Positions 24,321-37,408 are shown, counted from the stretch's first letter. The stretch: DNA of 64,000 nt from Octopus sinensis (GCF_006345805.1 NC_043016.1:8432001-8496000), one strand, 5' to 3'. Program-made: numbers and translations. Notes: generated by a model not told the origin, from the sequence alone.

Positions 24321-25237
24321 AAGGCGGCGAGCTGGTAGAAACGTTAGCAGGTCGGGCGAAATGTTTAGTGGTATTTCGTCTGCCGTTACGTTCTGGGTTC
24401 AAATTCCACCGAGGTCGACTTTGCCTTTCATCCTTTCGGGGTCGATAAATTAAGTAACAGTTTATGTACTGGCGGTCGATATAATCGACTTAATCTGTTT
24501 GTCTGTCCTTGTTTAGCCCCTTGTGGGTAGTAAAGAAATATAAAGGCGGTGAGCTGGCAGAAACGTTAGCATGCCGGTCGAAATGTTAAGCCGTATTTCG
24601 TCTGCCGTTACGTTCTGGGTTCAAATTCCGCCGAGGTCGACTTTGCCTTTCATCCTTTCGGGGGTCGATAAATTAAGTACCAGTTACTTAATACTGGGAT
24701 CGATGTAATCGACTTAATCCATTTGTCTATCCTTGTTTGTCCTCTCTGTGTTTAGCCCCTTATGGGTAGTAAAGAAATAAGAAGGTGGCGAGATGGCAGA
24801 AACGTTAGCATGCTGGGCGAAATGCTTATCGGTATTTCATCTGCCGCTACGTTCTGAGTTGAAATTCCGCCGAGGTCGACTTTGCCTTTCATCCTTTCGG
24901 GGGTCGATAAATTAAGTACCAGTTACTTAATACTGGGATCGATGTAATCGACTTAATCCGTTTGTTTGTCCATTCTGTGTTTAGCCCCTTGTGGGTAGTA
25001 AAGAAATAAGAAGGTGGCGAGCTGGCAGAAACGTTAGCATGCTGGGCGAAATGCTTATCGGTATTTCATCTGCCGCTACGTTCTGAGTTGAAATTCCGCC
25101 GAGGTCGACTTTGCCTTTCATCCTTTCGGGGGTCGATAAATTAAGTACCAGTTACTTAATACTGGGATCGATGTAATCGACTTAATCCGTTTGTTTGTCC
25201 ATTCTGTGTTTAGCCCCTTGTGGGTAGTAAAGAAATA
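24321..25237 (+). mobile_element. Tandem array of four full-length SINE A copies
   Basis: Units start at about 24321, 24543, 24782 and 25011; units 3 and 4 are almost identical. Confidence 0.95.
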
Positions 25238-25242
25238 TATAT

Positions 25243-26340
25243 AATTATTTCATGAATCCGCCTTCAGCTTTGCTGACTGCTTCAATGCAGGACCGGACTC
25301 GTTGGCATGCCTGCATTTAATGATCCTTATTCATTTCAGACATCACCTGGATAATTGCGGCCTTCATTGAAGCTATGATGTTGAAAGAATACCCTTTAGT
25401 CGCCTTTTCAACAATGCTCCAGACAATAGGATTTAAATCTGGCTAATTTGGAATAACCACAAGTTTGGTGCTACATGATCGCGGTTTCGATTCCCAGAAA
25501 ACACCTTAAATCTTCACGAGGCTCCGGCAGGGGGTGGTGGTAAACCCTGCTGTACTCTTTCACCACAACTTTCACATCCTTTCTTGGGGCTGTTTGTGAG
25601 AATGTTATGAGTCTTGTTGACAAACGTATAGCCCTCCGCTACGTATTTCATCCATTCCAGGGTTTAACAAGTGTCTCCAGTACCTCGATGTATCAAGCAA
25701 CTTAAATTCTAAGACCTTGTGAAAAGATATGAAGTGGCATGAAATGACATTGATTATTCACCCACCCAATAAAAAATAAAAACACCATCAGAGTTGCTAG
25801 TAACTTAATGTATATCACTATGGGGACATCGGAAGAATCTGCAGATAACTGTCATTTGTCCTGTTAAGATTTTTCATCGTGGGCACAGCTTTTCTCATTA
25901 AGGAAGAACTAAAGCACATGGGAAATTTAAGTCTTATTAAGTAACTCACGGACTCAGATCAAACGATTTTCTTGCGTCTTTGCAGACATCCGTTGACCTC
26001 TCTTCAGTACATACGACTTGCATCTAATATCTTTGTACACCACAGTTCCATATTACATTCCAAAACCTGAAATTCTTTAGCGATGATGGCCTCATTGATT
26101 TTCCGAGCTCATAATCGATATTTTGAAACCATTGGATGAAATGCGGTGTCCTTACAGTGTCTGAACGTTTAGAATAATTTTTTTTCTCTCTTTGGTACAG
26201 TAGAAACTTTCCCGCCAGAGGCATCCAATTTCATCCGAAGTTGGTGTACTAAAGTAAGCAATTTCTAAATTTCACATATATGGTAACAATGACTGCATGA
26301 ATTGTCATTTCTTGTCTTTTTTCATTTTATTTGTCATGGG
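25243..26340 (-). pseudogene. Mariner/Tc1 transposase remnant, interrupted by a SINE C fragment (~25470-25580)
   Basis: With frameshifts and stops: SKRSDTVRTPHF...GKSMR...RCKSYVLKRGQRMS; YIEVLET..KPW...YVCQQDS; PDLNP..WSIVEKAT...IEAVSKAEGGF. Confidence 0.85.
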
Positions 26341-26382
26341 AAATCCGAAAGAAATAAAAGCTTTTTGATTTGTTTAAATTTG

Positions 26383-26549
26383 CTGTGGCTGTGTGGTAAG
26401 TAGCTTGCTAACCAACCACATGGTTCTGGGTTCAATCATCCCACTGCGTGGCATCTTGGGCAAGTGTCTTCTGCTATAGCCCCGGCCGACCAATGCCTTG
26501 TGAGTGGATTTGGTAGACGGAAACTGAAAGAAGCCAGTCGTATATATGT

Positions 26550-26616
<67 letters not shown>

Positions 26617-26824
26617 TTGTGTGTCTGTGTTTTTGTCCCCCTAGCATTGCTTGACAACCGATGCTGGTGTGTGTTTAACGTCCCCGTGTTTACTTAGCGG
26701 TTCGGCAAAAGAGACCGATAGAATAAGTACTGGGCTTACAAGAATAAGTCCCGGGGTCGATTTGCTCGACTAAAGGCGGTGCTCCAGCATGGCCGCAGTC
26801 AAATGACTGAAACAAGTAAAGAGA
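26383..26824 (+). mobile_element. SINE family B, full length
   Basis: tggctgtgtggtaagtagc head through aaacaagtaaagag tail. Confidence 0.9.
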
Positions 26825-26888
26825 GATATGCCGATAATTAAGTGTCCTCATATCTCTCGCACCCTGTGTAGCTGAATTTGCTCGGAGA

Positions 26889-27255
26889 TGACTGGTATTC
26901 CGTCGGTTACGACGACGAGTGTTCCAGTTGATCCGATCAACGGAACAGCCTGGTCACGAAATTAACGTGCAAATAGCTGAGCATTCTACAGACACGGGTA
27001 CCCTTAACGTAGTTCTTGGGGGAGATTCAAAGGCTGGCCCTTTGAAATACAAGCACAACGGAAACAGGAAGAAAGAGTGAGAATAAGTTGTGGTGAAAGA
27101 GTACAGCAGGGATCGCCACCACCCCCTGCCGGAGCCTCGTGGAGATTTAGGTGTTTTCGCTCAATAAACACTCACAACGCCCGGTCTGGGAATGGAAACT
27201 GCGATCCTAAGACCGCGAGTCCACCGCCCTAACCACTGGGTCATTGCGCCTCTGC
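26889..27255 (-). mobile_element. SINE family C (tail type i)
   Basis: Homology to 20194-20584. Confidence 0.85.
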
Positions 27256-27390
27256 GAGGTATATTGTTAGTCAAGACCAAATATTTACATATTTCTCGAT
27301 GCTTCAACATATGCCTGCTAAATAAATGTAGAACAACGACACTGCCATCACCATCACTATCTCTCCTATTTCCAGCAGCAGCATAAGCGA

Positions 27391-27697
27391 AAGCACCTAA
27401 AGCTCCACGAGGCCCCGGCAGGGGGTGGTGGCGACCCCTGTTGTACTCTTCCGCTCCAACTTTCTCTCACTCTTTCCTCCTGTTTCTTGTCCCCGACTTC
27501 CTACGCAACCGCTGAGCCTGGATGTACAATCATCCATCCGTCGATGCTCTCGGTGTCGTGGGGGGTGGGAGTACCTGCTTTCTCTTCTGCGGGTCTTACG
27601 AATAGCAAAGGACCACGTTTCGGACTTCTCCCACTACAGACGCGCGATCTTGCAAGCTCTGGGACGAAGACCGCTTCGCCCAACAAACAAACAAACC
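27391..27697 (+). mobile_element. SINE family C core with tail type iii, head missing
   Basis: cacctaaagctccacgagg core, distinct 3' tail ending (aaac)n; same tail as 3587-3660. Confidence 0.7.
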
Positions 27698-27717
27698 AGC
27701 AGCAGCACTACAGTACC

Positions 27718-28280
27718 TATTTCTCTATTGCCCACAAGGGGCTAAACATAGAGGGAACAAACAAGGACAGACATAGGTATTAAGTCGATTACATCGACCC
27801 CGAAAGGATGAAAGGCAAAGTCAACCTCGGCGGAATTTGAACTCAGAACGTAACGACAGACGAAATACCTATTTCTTTATTACCCACAAGGGGCTAAACA
27901 CAGAGGGGACAAACAAGGACAGACATAGGTATTAAGTCGATTACATCGACCCCAGTGCGTAACTGGTACTTAATTTATCGACCCCGAAAGGATGAAAGGC
28001 AAAGTCGACCTCGGCGGAATTTGAACTCACAACGTAACGGCAGACGAAATACCTATTTTTTTATTACCCACAAGGGGCTAAACACAGAGGGGACAAACAT
28101 GGACAGACATAGGTATTAAGTCGATTACATCGACCCCGTGCGTAACTGGTACTAATTTATCGACCCCGAAAGGATAAAGGCAAAGTCGACCTCGGCGGAA
28201 TTTGAACTCAGAACGTAACGGCAGACGAAATACCGCTAAGTATTTCGCCCGGCGTGCTAACGTTTCTGCCAGCTCGCCGC
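27718..28280 (-). mobile_element. SINE A trimer (one full copy and two head-less units) inside one TSD
   Basis: Junctions aaata|ggtatttcgtc at 28053/28054 and 27869/27870; ctacagtacc at 27708-27717 and 28281-28290. Confidence 0.9.
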
Positions 28281-28850
28281 CTACAGTACCACAATACACG
28301 CATCACCATCTCCGGTACGCTATCAGCACCACTGTTACCAACACCACCATTACCACTACCATCGCCACCGCCACCGCCGCCACCGCTTCGTTGCGGACAA
28401 CGAACAGCTGACGTTTGGAATATTTCTTTTACGTTGTCAATTAGAGGAACAGATTCTGTGTATTTCCTGATAGAGAGAGAAATTAAAGAATTTGCTGAAA
28501 GGGTGGATATTGTAGGGTGTGGAATTATGTACTTGTACAGTTCTTTACAAATGAAACGGGTGAACCGACCGCTTAGATAGTCCCATGGGCCGGGTTGGGG
28601 GGGGGGGGTTGATGTAAAAAAAAAATTTATAAATATATTATATATACAATTACTGTATATAAGAATAGAATGTATAAAATAAAATATAAATATTTTAAAA
28701 GAAAAACAGCAAAAAAACTACAACTATTTTAGGTAAGTATACGTACTGTGTGCGTGCGTGTGAATATGTGTGCGCATGTATCTATATACATATATAATTA
28801 CACAAGCACGCACGCAAACGCACATGTACGATAAGTTTATTATATATTAT

Positions 28851-28903
<53 letters not shown>

Positions 28904-28918
28904 CATACATACATACAA

Positions 28919-28999
<81 letters not shown>

Positions 29000-29348
29000 G
29001 TATATAATTATATGTGTGTGCGTGTGTGTGTATATATATATGTATATATATATGTATATATATGTGTATATATATATATATGAGTGTCGTCTACTGAAAG
29101 TAAGGAAGAACAATTTGCTGTGTCAAGACTGACTTCTCTTTAATGGTATGTCAGTTATGGAGAATTTTTAATTATTGACATTATATCCACCGTTTCATTT
29201 GAGTCTGGTCCCAAATACCACTTAGCAGCGATTGTCCTACCCTCTCTGAAAGAGGAAATAAAATTTGAATAAATGAAGACTTAATCTTGTATGCTATTCA
29301 ACGTGCCTTTTTTCCCGTCTTCGTTGTTCAACTATTTATAATGCCACT

Positions 29349-29743
29349 GGATGGATGGAAGCACTTCGTCGGTTACGACGACGAGGGTTCCGGTTGATCC
29401 GAATCAACGGAACAGCCTGCTCGTGAAATTAACGTGTAAGTGGCTGAGCACCCCACAGACACGTGTACCCTTAACGTAATTCTCGGGGATATTCAGCGCG
29501 ACACAGAGAGTGACAAGGCCGGCCCTTTGAAATACAGGTACAACAGAAACAGGAAGTAAGAGTGAGAGAAAGTTGTGGTGAAAGAGTACAGCAGGGATCA
29601 CCACCACCCCCTGCCGGAGCCTCGTGGAGCTTTTTTAGGTGTTTTCGCTCAATAAACACTCACAACGCCCGGTCTGGGAATGGAAACCGCGATCCTATGA
29701 CCGCGAGTCCACTGCCCTAACCACTGGGACATTGCGCCTCCAC
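29349..29743 (-). mobile_element. SINE family C (tail type i), full length
   Basis: 11-bp TSD ataatgccact at 29338-29348 and 29744-29754. Confidence 0.9.
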
Positions 29744-30173
29744 ATAATGCCACTATCCACTCCGTCTTATATCTCTTAGCTGATGTTCAATATATATATA
29801 ATGCGTGTGTGCATGTGTGTACGTATAAATGACAACGGAACGGAAATTGCGTAATCAACTTCAATGGCTTACGGCTGTTTCTGCAACAAGATGACGATCA
29901 CAATCAGCAGAGTGCTTCTGCACCACCTTTTAGATTTCTCAGAGCTTCTTAAATAAAGAATAACTTAATTTTAGAAATACATCTTATAGCAGAACCAGCT
30001 GTAAGCTGGTTAAATTCATTGCGTAATTCCTGTTCCCTTGTCATTTACATAATTTCATATTATGTCCTGTTCTCAACTGACACTTTATTCTGAATCATAT
30101 ATATATTAAGTTCTCACGCAAGGTTATTATCATTGCTATGCCTAAGAAAATTCTAAAAATACACACATACACT

Positions 30174-30223
<50 letters not shown>

Positions 30224-30225
<2 letters not shown>

Positions 30226-31317
30226 TCTTTATTAGCTACACAGGGCTGCACACAGACGGGACAGATTACAAAGTAGAGCTTTTCTTTATGGGGAGATAAA
30301 AAAAAGTGCGGTAGGTTTTCTATCAAAAGGGATCGTAAAAGGGAAAGAAAAGAAAAAACGATCAATAGGGATCGTGTATCACAGTATGTCATGATGTAAA
30401 GTGTAAAGAGTGAAGCAGATATGGTTTATCCGTGGAAAGAAAAGCCTACGGAAAAGACCACGGTAACCTCGGTCAATAATGTCACATGTCACATGTTAAC
30501 ACATTTGTTTGCAAGTAGGTAACCTGTTTTAAATTTTTCCGGGTTCATAGGATTATGCTCAAGGTGACTTCGTCATTCATACGTGTCATCCTTGCTACAT
30601 TCACCCATCTTTTTTTAAACATTCGCTAGACAAAACTTGCCTCTCTACTCTCACTTTCCTTTTCAAGTGATACTTGAAGAAGTTGATGAGAGATTGACCA
30701 GAGAGGAAAGTGTTTGTCTCCAATCCTTTCAGACGCGTCCACCAGATACATTCTTTCGCCATAGCCACAAGAATGATGAAAATAGCTCTTCCTTCCCGTT
30801 TGAAGGAAGGAGGCGTGACAATATTAACGATAGACTCGACTGATAAACCGACTCGTCCCACACGTGACAGCAGTCGTTCGACATAATCCCACAGGTCGAA
30901 ATTGTTGAACACTGCACGAGTGCGTGCAGAACAGTTTCGTCGCTCTGACCGCATCTCGGGCAGGTCAGCCCCATGTTTCTCGAGCTTTGTCTGTAGAGCT
31001 TATCCCGAACGGGTAGCGCTTCTCGGTAGCACTGCCTGGCCAGGGATCTCTGGAAGTTGTCCATGGGCCCTCGCCCGAAAGTCGTCCTGAACAGACGGGT
31101 CAGGTATTTCTTGTTGACGTCCAGGTTCCCCTATAGAATGCTTTGGTTGTGTTGAAGTCACTCAAGGTCGACCCGGGACGGCATAGTTGCTTGAGAGCAA
31201 CGCGACACTCGCGGCGCCATTCGCCCTTCCTCGGCATTCTAGTTTGGTGATGGTAGAGTCGGGACAAGGCACAACAGTCAGGCGGTAGTAGATGACGGAC
31301 GCAATGTACGTGTTCGC
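30224..31317 (-). mobile_element. Tx1/L1-like LINE 3' portion with zf-RVT remnant and 3' UTR
   Basis: YREALPVRDKL...CPRCGQSDETVLHALVQC (CCHC finger), ...VAMAKECIWWTR...; AATAAA at the 3' end. Confidence 0.85.
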
Positions 31318-31759
31318 CACACACACACACATATATATATACACATATACTGCGGGATTCTTTCCAATTAAATCTATCAAATCTATTCACATGGTTTTGG
31401 TCAGTCCGTGGATGTGGTTGAAGACCACGGTGTCACGCAGTAGGACTGAACTCGGAACCAATGTGGTTGAGAAGCGAGCTTCTTACCATAAAGCCACGCC
31501 TATACACACGCGCGCGCACACACACACACACACGCATACACACACACTCACATAAACACACACACACATATGCATACACATATATGCTTTTATATATATA
31601 TATATATATATATAAACCTTTTCAATGACAGTCAAAACTATTGAAAAGGTTGCAAGATGCAACGAAAATTTAGAAAAATAAAAAAGAAGTGGAAATTTTA
31701 CAGGTGAGTGTGTTACATTATAAGGCATTAAAAGAAAATGACTCTCCCCAGACACAAGA

Positions 31760-31800
<41 letters not shown>

Positions 31801-31827
31801 AGATAGGGGTACGTTACGCCGCAATAA

Positions 31828-32164
31828 TATATGTATAGAAAATTAAATATAAATTACAAATTGGGACAAGAACGCAAAAACACACAAAGAGACGACACAA
31901 AAAACAGACGGGTCATTCGAAGCCTCTAATCTTCAGTCGGGAACCGGATCATCTTAGCAATTTCGGCTGATTATCCTGATATCGCTCCGATACGGCAAGC
32001 CCCAAAGAAAAACCAGGATTAATCATCCGAAATTGCTAAGATGATCCGGTTCCCGACTGAAGATTAGAGGCTTTGAATGACCCGTCTGTTTTTTGTGTCG
32101 TCTCTTTGTGTGTTTTTGCGTTCTTGTCTCATTTTGTAATTTATATTTAATTTCTATACATATA
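31828..32164. repeat. Near-perfect inverted repeat, ~150-bp arms, 35-bp spacer
   Basis: 31828-31978 is the reverse complement of 32014-32164 with few mismatches; TA tracts outside. Confidence 0.95.
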
Positions 32165-32170
32165 TATATA

Positions 32171-32683
32171 TCTATATATATAAAACTCTAGTTGTGTGAG
32201 TGTCTGTCCCCTTCGATTTAGATTCCTAACTCCTCCCACATTTTGCGGTGCAGTTTAACCAAATTCAGGTATCTTATAGTCGTGATTCATATTGAGCCCG
32301 TCTGGCTATTAGCGCGCGTCTACGATGAGTCTACGATTTTAAAAATAATTTAACATCATTTTTTATTCCATTTTAATGCATAATTTTTCGTGTGTCGATG
32401 GCGGCGGAGTTGGCGTCCACGCTCACAGCTGCACCTGTTTGCTTCTCCCCCTTCTTCCCTCCCTCGTGAAGCTGTGGGGAAGGGAGTTTAAGGAAATCAA
32501 CGTCGTAATGCGTTGTCAAGGAGACCAGCGTTCTATTAGAACAACGACTTTATGGCTTGAAGACACCAAAACAGAAATGGCTAAGAAAGCCCGAATTGGC
32601 ATCTATAAGGGAAGTAACTCTCTAAAAATGCTTATATAGTTATTTCCCTTACAAACCCGAGCAACGCCGGGTGATACTGCTAG
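32171..32683 (+). mobile_element. Helitron family A, long form
   Basis: A|TC ... hairpin ... CTAG|T. Confidence 0.9.
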
Positions 32684-32759
32684 TATGTATAATATATATA
32701 ATTATATATATATATATATATAAAGCTTTAAATGCATGACCTTTTATTTTTGCAACATA

Positions 32760-32975
32760 TAACGATCTGGTGGTGGGCAAGAGCGATGACGTTCTCGAGG
32801 AAACTCAAGTCGTTGACGATTATGCCCAGTTTTGGAGGACTTTCGGTCTGGAAACTACCTCAGATAACTTCCAGGAACTTCTGGCCAGACTGTGCTACTG
32901 AAGGGCACTGCCGATTCGTGATAAACTCTACAAGCACAGGAGTGCTGCCAGGAAGAACTGGCCGAGATACCGACT
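32760..32975 (+). mobile_element. Tx1-like LINE internal fragment
   Basis: DNFQELLARLCY*RALPIRDKLYK is homologous to the 30224-31317 element. Confidence 0.7.
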
Positions 32976-33086
32976 TTTAGAGTTATGTCGAACAGATTAC
33001 GTGTTGGGCGAGTTATGTCGAACAATTACGTGTTGGGCGAGCCCAACTATCGACCGAATCCATTGCGAGGATCGTCCAGCCACCTA

Positions 33087-33268
33087 CCTATTTCTTTACT
33101 ACCCACAAGGGGCTAAACACAGAGAGGACAAACAAGGACAGACAAACGGATTAAGTCGGTTATATCGACCCCAGTGCATAACTGGTACTTATTTAATCGA
33201 CCCCGAAAGGATGAAAGGCAAAGTCGACCTCGGCGGAATTTGAACTCAGAACGTAACGGCAGACGAAT
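33087..33268 (-). mobile_element. SINE A, head-less
   Basis: Nearly identical to the body of 33555-33786. Confidence 0.85.
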
Positions 33269-33554
33269 GAATGAATCTATTCTAAGCATCTGCCTGTAGA
33301 TTGGAGAACAACAGGTGGGCAATCCTGGATCTGTAAGGTTCTTTGATTGGCCCCAGCTGGTATCCAGGTGACTGTATCATTTATGTGTTCATACAGATTG
33401 TACAGAAATTTATCTCGTTTCACCCTCTTTTCTCCTTTTCCATCACTTTTTATGCAAACACCCCCGAGTTATACACTGTCCTTGTAATGTACACATCATT
33501 ATGTCGCAGTGGCAAATTTTAAAAAAAAAAAATTTAACCACTATTATTGTTAAT

Positions 33555-33786
33555 TTCTTTACTACCCACAAGGGGCTAAACACAGAGAGGACAAACAAGG
33601 ACAGACAAACGGATTAAGTCGGTTATATCGACCCCAGTGCGTAACTGGTACTTATTTAATCGACCCCGAAAGGATGAAAGGCAAAGTCGACCTCGGCGGA
33701 ATTTGAACTCAGAACGTAACGGCAGACGAAATACGGCTACGCGTTTCGCCCGGCGTGCTTAACGGTTCTGCCAACTCGTCGCCTTA
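33555..33786 (-). mobile_element. SINE A, full length
   Basis: Reverse complement of the consensus. Confidence 0.9.
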
Positions 33787-34026
33787 AAAAAAATCACTAT
33801 TATTGTTGTTGTTATGATGCATTCTTTCTGGTTTAAGTCATTCCATTATGGTGAAGTTGGGGCATCGCTTTGAAAACTCGTCGTTTATATATTTTTTAAC
33901 GTAGCGTAACTTGTCTAAGTTATCTCCCTTACAAGAGTTACTTCCCTTTAATGGACTTGAACGCTATAAATGTGTTGACGCTGGTGTACACAAACATCGA
34001 CATAAAGATTCATTTCCAAAATTTGC

Positions 34027-34190
34027 TAATGATGATGATGATGATGATGACGACGACGACGGTGATGATGATGACGACGACGACGGTGATGATGATGACG
34101 ACGTCGATGGCCTTGATGACGACAAGGACGACAACGATGACGATAATGATGATAACGATGATGACGTCGACGATGAAAATGACAATAATG
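34027..34190. repeat. (GAT/GAC)n microsatellite
   Basis: Direct inspection; explains the poly-Asp/His/Ser ORFs. Confidence 0.95.
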
Positions 34191-34214
34191 AGAAATTGCA
34201 AAATTTACATTTTT

Positions 34215-34678
34215 TTTCATTTCATCTAGTTTCAGCTCACGAGCTGTGGCCGTGCTGGGACACCACCATTCGGTGTTGCTACATGGTTTTACTTCACAAA
34301 TGCTTTTTAGCAATTGACATTTGGTGCATGAGGGAGTTTGATGCAGCTGCCCTCATCTGCACCTCCTGTCGTGAAGTTGGATCATCTGGGACACCTGACA
34401 GGAGGAGGTCCAGCTTTATTTTGAAAACATTTGCATCCACCCCATGCAGGTCTCTCAGGTCCTTCGGGAGGATATTGAAGAGATGTGGACCTCTGAAGCC
34501 CAGGCTATTGCAGTATCTTATCCTACATCTTGATGGCAAATTTGGAGTCCTTGGCATTATGCAATAGCGCCCAGTTCTAGTATTTGTGTAACTCTCGATG
34601 CCAAAGTTTGGGACAAGTCCTTCCAGGATCTTCCAGATGTATATTATGGCATGTCTTTCTCGCCATATTTTTTTCTAA
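34215..34678 (-). mobile_element. CR1-type LINE 3' end
   Basis: RERHAIIYIWKILEGLVPNFGI...NSLGFRGPHLFNILPKDLR...FKIKLDLLLSGVPDDP; (TGAAA)n tail. Confidence 0.9.
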
Positions 34679-35471
34679 TGGTAAAGCGAAACAACATTGA
34701 ATGGAGCGAGAATCGACCGAGGGACATTATTCGCCGTACAAGCAATAAGACAATTCACAGGAACTCGATGCTTATGGAGAATTGTGGGAGAGATGGTTTT
34801 CCGAGGATATTAACCTAGTGATGAAAGTGAAAATATGGCTCATCACAAACCGGCATCGATGGTGGTCGTCTTAAAATGGTTTGAATGTAAAGCGTACATG
34901 TTGTTGTTGTTGTTTCTAGACGGGTTCTCATCGAGCAACCTATGGCACGCATACGTTAAAAAACAATTTTAGAATGACTGTTTTGTCAAAACGCTAAAAA
35001 TAATTGACCGATAAAAAAAACCTACCAAGATTCAACCAAATCAAATAATAAACCCAAATACTAAGCGAACAAAGATGAACCATCCTACTTCCACTGCGCG
35101 CGCACACGCACACACACACACAAGCACACACTCAAACACACACACACATTCACATAGCACCCTTTTACATACACACATTTACACAGAGTTGAAACGCTGT
35201 TTGATCTATTTTTCAGCGTACAATTTTCATCATCCCACTCCCAAGTATGGCATCACCCCTTCCTTCCTTATTCATCTATCACACCGTCCTCTCTCATTCA
35301 TAAACACAAGAGTATTATTATAGTAACCATGGCGGGTATGAAAAAATAGAAAATCCAGCAACACCACCAGATCATTCTACACTTCTGCGTAATTTTTCGC
35401 GCAATTCCACTCAACCATTTGACCCAAGACAAGAAAGAATCGCCTATGTTAAATTTATATGAAAGAAACCA

Positions 35472-35516
<45 letters not shown>

Positions 35517-35924
35517 TGTGTGTGTACCTCCACTGCTTAACAAGCGGTCTACGTCCCCGTAACTTAGCGGTTCGGCAAAATAGACTGATAGAATAAGTAC
35601 TAGACTTAAAACAATTAAATACAGGCTCATATAAGTGATATCAACCATTATATATAATTTCTTTTTACATTTCACTTCCACTAGATATATGTTTTTCTAA
35701 GCCTTTAAGCTTTTATTTTAATTTACATATTGCTCTATATTTCTCATTCATTAGTTTTCTGCTTATTTCTTTCCTTTTACCCCTCCTCTTTCTATAGGCT
35801 ACTTTTGACGTTATACCTTCTAATGGGTTTTTTTTTTAAATCTTAATAGCGCTCCGTTCATCATTATACACATCCATCACATTCTGTTAAAATGTCTTAT
35901 TGACGAATTTGGTTTCTTTCTTTC

Positions 35925-36011
35925 TTTCCCTGATGAGAAGATTACATTGTTTTACACCATTTTATTGCTCTGGAATAATACCAATGTTGTCTTCGAAACA
36001 TATGTCGGAAG
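35925..36011 (+). ncRNA. Canonical-core minimal type I hammerhead ribozyme
   Basis: UUUCC-CUGAUGA-GAAGA..ACAUUG/CAAUGU..UCUUC-GAAA-CAUAUG-UC|GGAAG; G10.1-C11.1 pair, perfect palindrome ACAUAUGU, GUC triplet; predicted cut after 36006. Confidence 0.85.
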
Positions 36012-36193
36012 TAAAAGAGTTTGAATAACACCTGCGTTTAACTCCAGTTAATCATCCTTTCGGGGTCGATTAAATAAGTACCAGTTACGCACTGGGGTCC
36101 ATATAATCGGCTTAATCCGTTTGTCTTGTACATACGTGCATATATATGTATGTATAGGCGTTCGTGTGTGTAAGTATAGCGTATGTTCTGTAT

Positions 36194-36252
<59 letters not shown>

Positions 36253-36276
36253 GTATTTATGTGCTTTCTGGTATAC

Positions 36277-36330
36277 TCAATTGAAGAAGGCAGAGCTTCT
36301 CTGAAGCAAAGCCAGAAATCCAGATCTTGA
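36277..36330 (+). ncRNA. Degenerate minimal hammerhead motif (U3 core)
   Basis: UCAA-UUGAAGA-A-GGC...GCC-A-GAAA-UCCAGA-UC|UUGA, next to (TA)n. Confidence 0.5.
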
Positions 36331-36846
36331 ATTATCCAGTAAAATCTTTTTTGCTAGTTTATTTAGCCTTTCTGTTTTATCTCCTGGCGTGATATGAACA
36401 TTTAAGGTGGTTTTAGGGTCATGGCTTTGACTGCTATTTCAGCATGGTGGTATCTCTCAGATATCCTAATTTATAGTTTAAATAATTATTACCTTTGTAT
36501 TTATTCCCATGCTGACCACTAGATAAGATCGATATTCAAATATCGATATTATCCTAATTTATAAATAAATCAATATATATATATATATATAAGGTTAGTA
36601 GACTTAGAGGTTGGAATAAGCGTCTAACGGATGAAAATATCCGTTTTACTACCGGTATAATTACCTATGTTAACCCTGGACATACATATGCAGCATATTA
36701 TGCTCATAGATTACAGGTAATAACAAAGATAAACAAGAGTTTATCAGGAATGAATCAAATTTAAAGAAGGCAGAAAGTTGAGAAATATTGATCAGCAACA
36801 ATTGACTAACATCAATTATTACTTTTTAATACAAACTGACTATATA

Positions 36847-37361
36847 TCTATATATATAAAACTCTAGTTGTGTGAGTGTCTGTCCCCTTCGATTTAGATT
36901 CCTAACTCCTCCCACATTTTGCGGTGCAGTTTAACCAAATTCGGGTATCTTATAGTCGTGATTAATATTGAGCCCGTCTGGCTATTAGCGCGCGTCTACG
37001 ATGAGTCTACGATTTTAAAAATAATTTAACATCATTTTTTATTCCATTTTAATGCATAATTTTTCGTGTGTCGATGACGGCGGAGTTAGCGTCCACGCTC
37101 AAACACCTGCACCTGTGTTTGCTTCTCCCCCTTCTTCCCTCCCTCGTGAAGCTGTTGGGAAGGGAGTGTAAGGAAATCAACGTCGTAAAGCGTTGTCAAG
37201 GAGACCAGCGTTCTTTTAGAACAACGACTTCATGGCTTGAAGACACCAAAACAGAAATGGCTAAGAAAGCCCGATTGGCATCTATAAGGGAAGTAAGTCT
37301 CTAAAAATGCTTATATAGTTATTTCCCTTACAAACCCGAGCAACGCCGGGCGATACTGCTA

Positions 37362-37362
<1 letters not shown>
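36847..37362 (+). mobile_element. Helitron family A, long form
   Basis: A|TC ... hairpin ... CTAG|T. Confidence 0.9.

Positions 37363-37408
<46 letters not shown>

Noticed and set aside
24321-24420. tRNA-like cloverleaf with A/B-box-like motifs
   Set aside because: SINE head with an expanded anticodon region, present in many copies; not a tRNA gene
27560-27690. Possible HDV-like ribozyme in SINE C tail iii
   Set aside because: Only simple hairpins found; could not build the nested double pseudoknot
33911-34567. 218-aa ORF
   Set aside because: Read-through of a (GAT/GAC)n tract into the antisense strand of a CR1 LINE end
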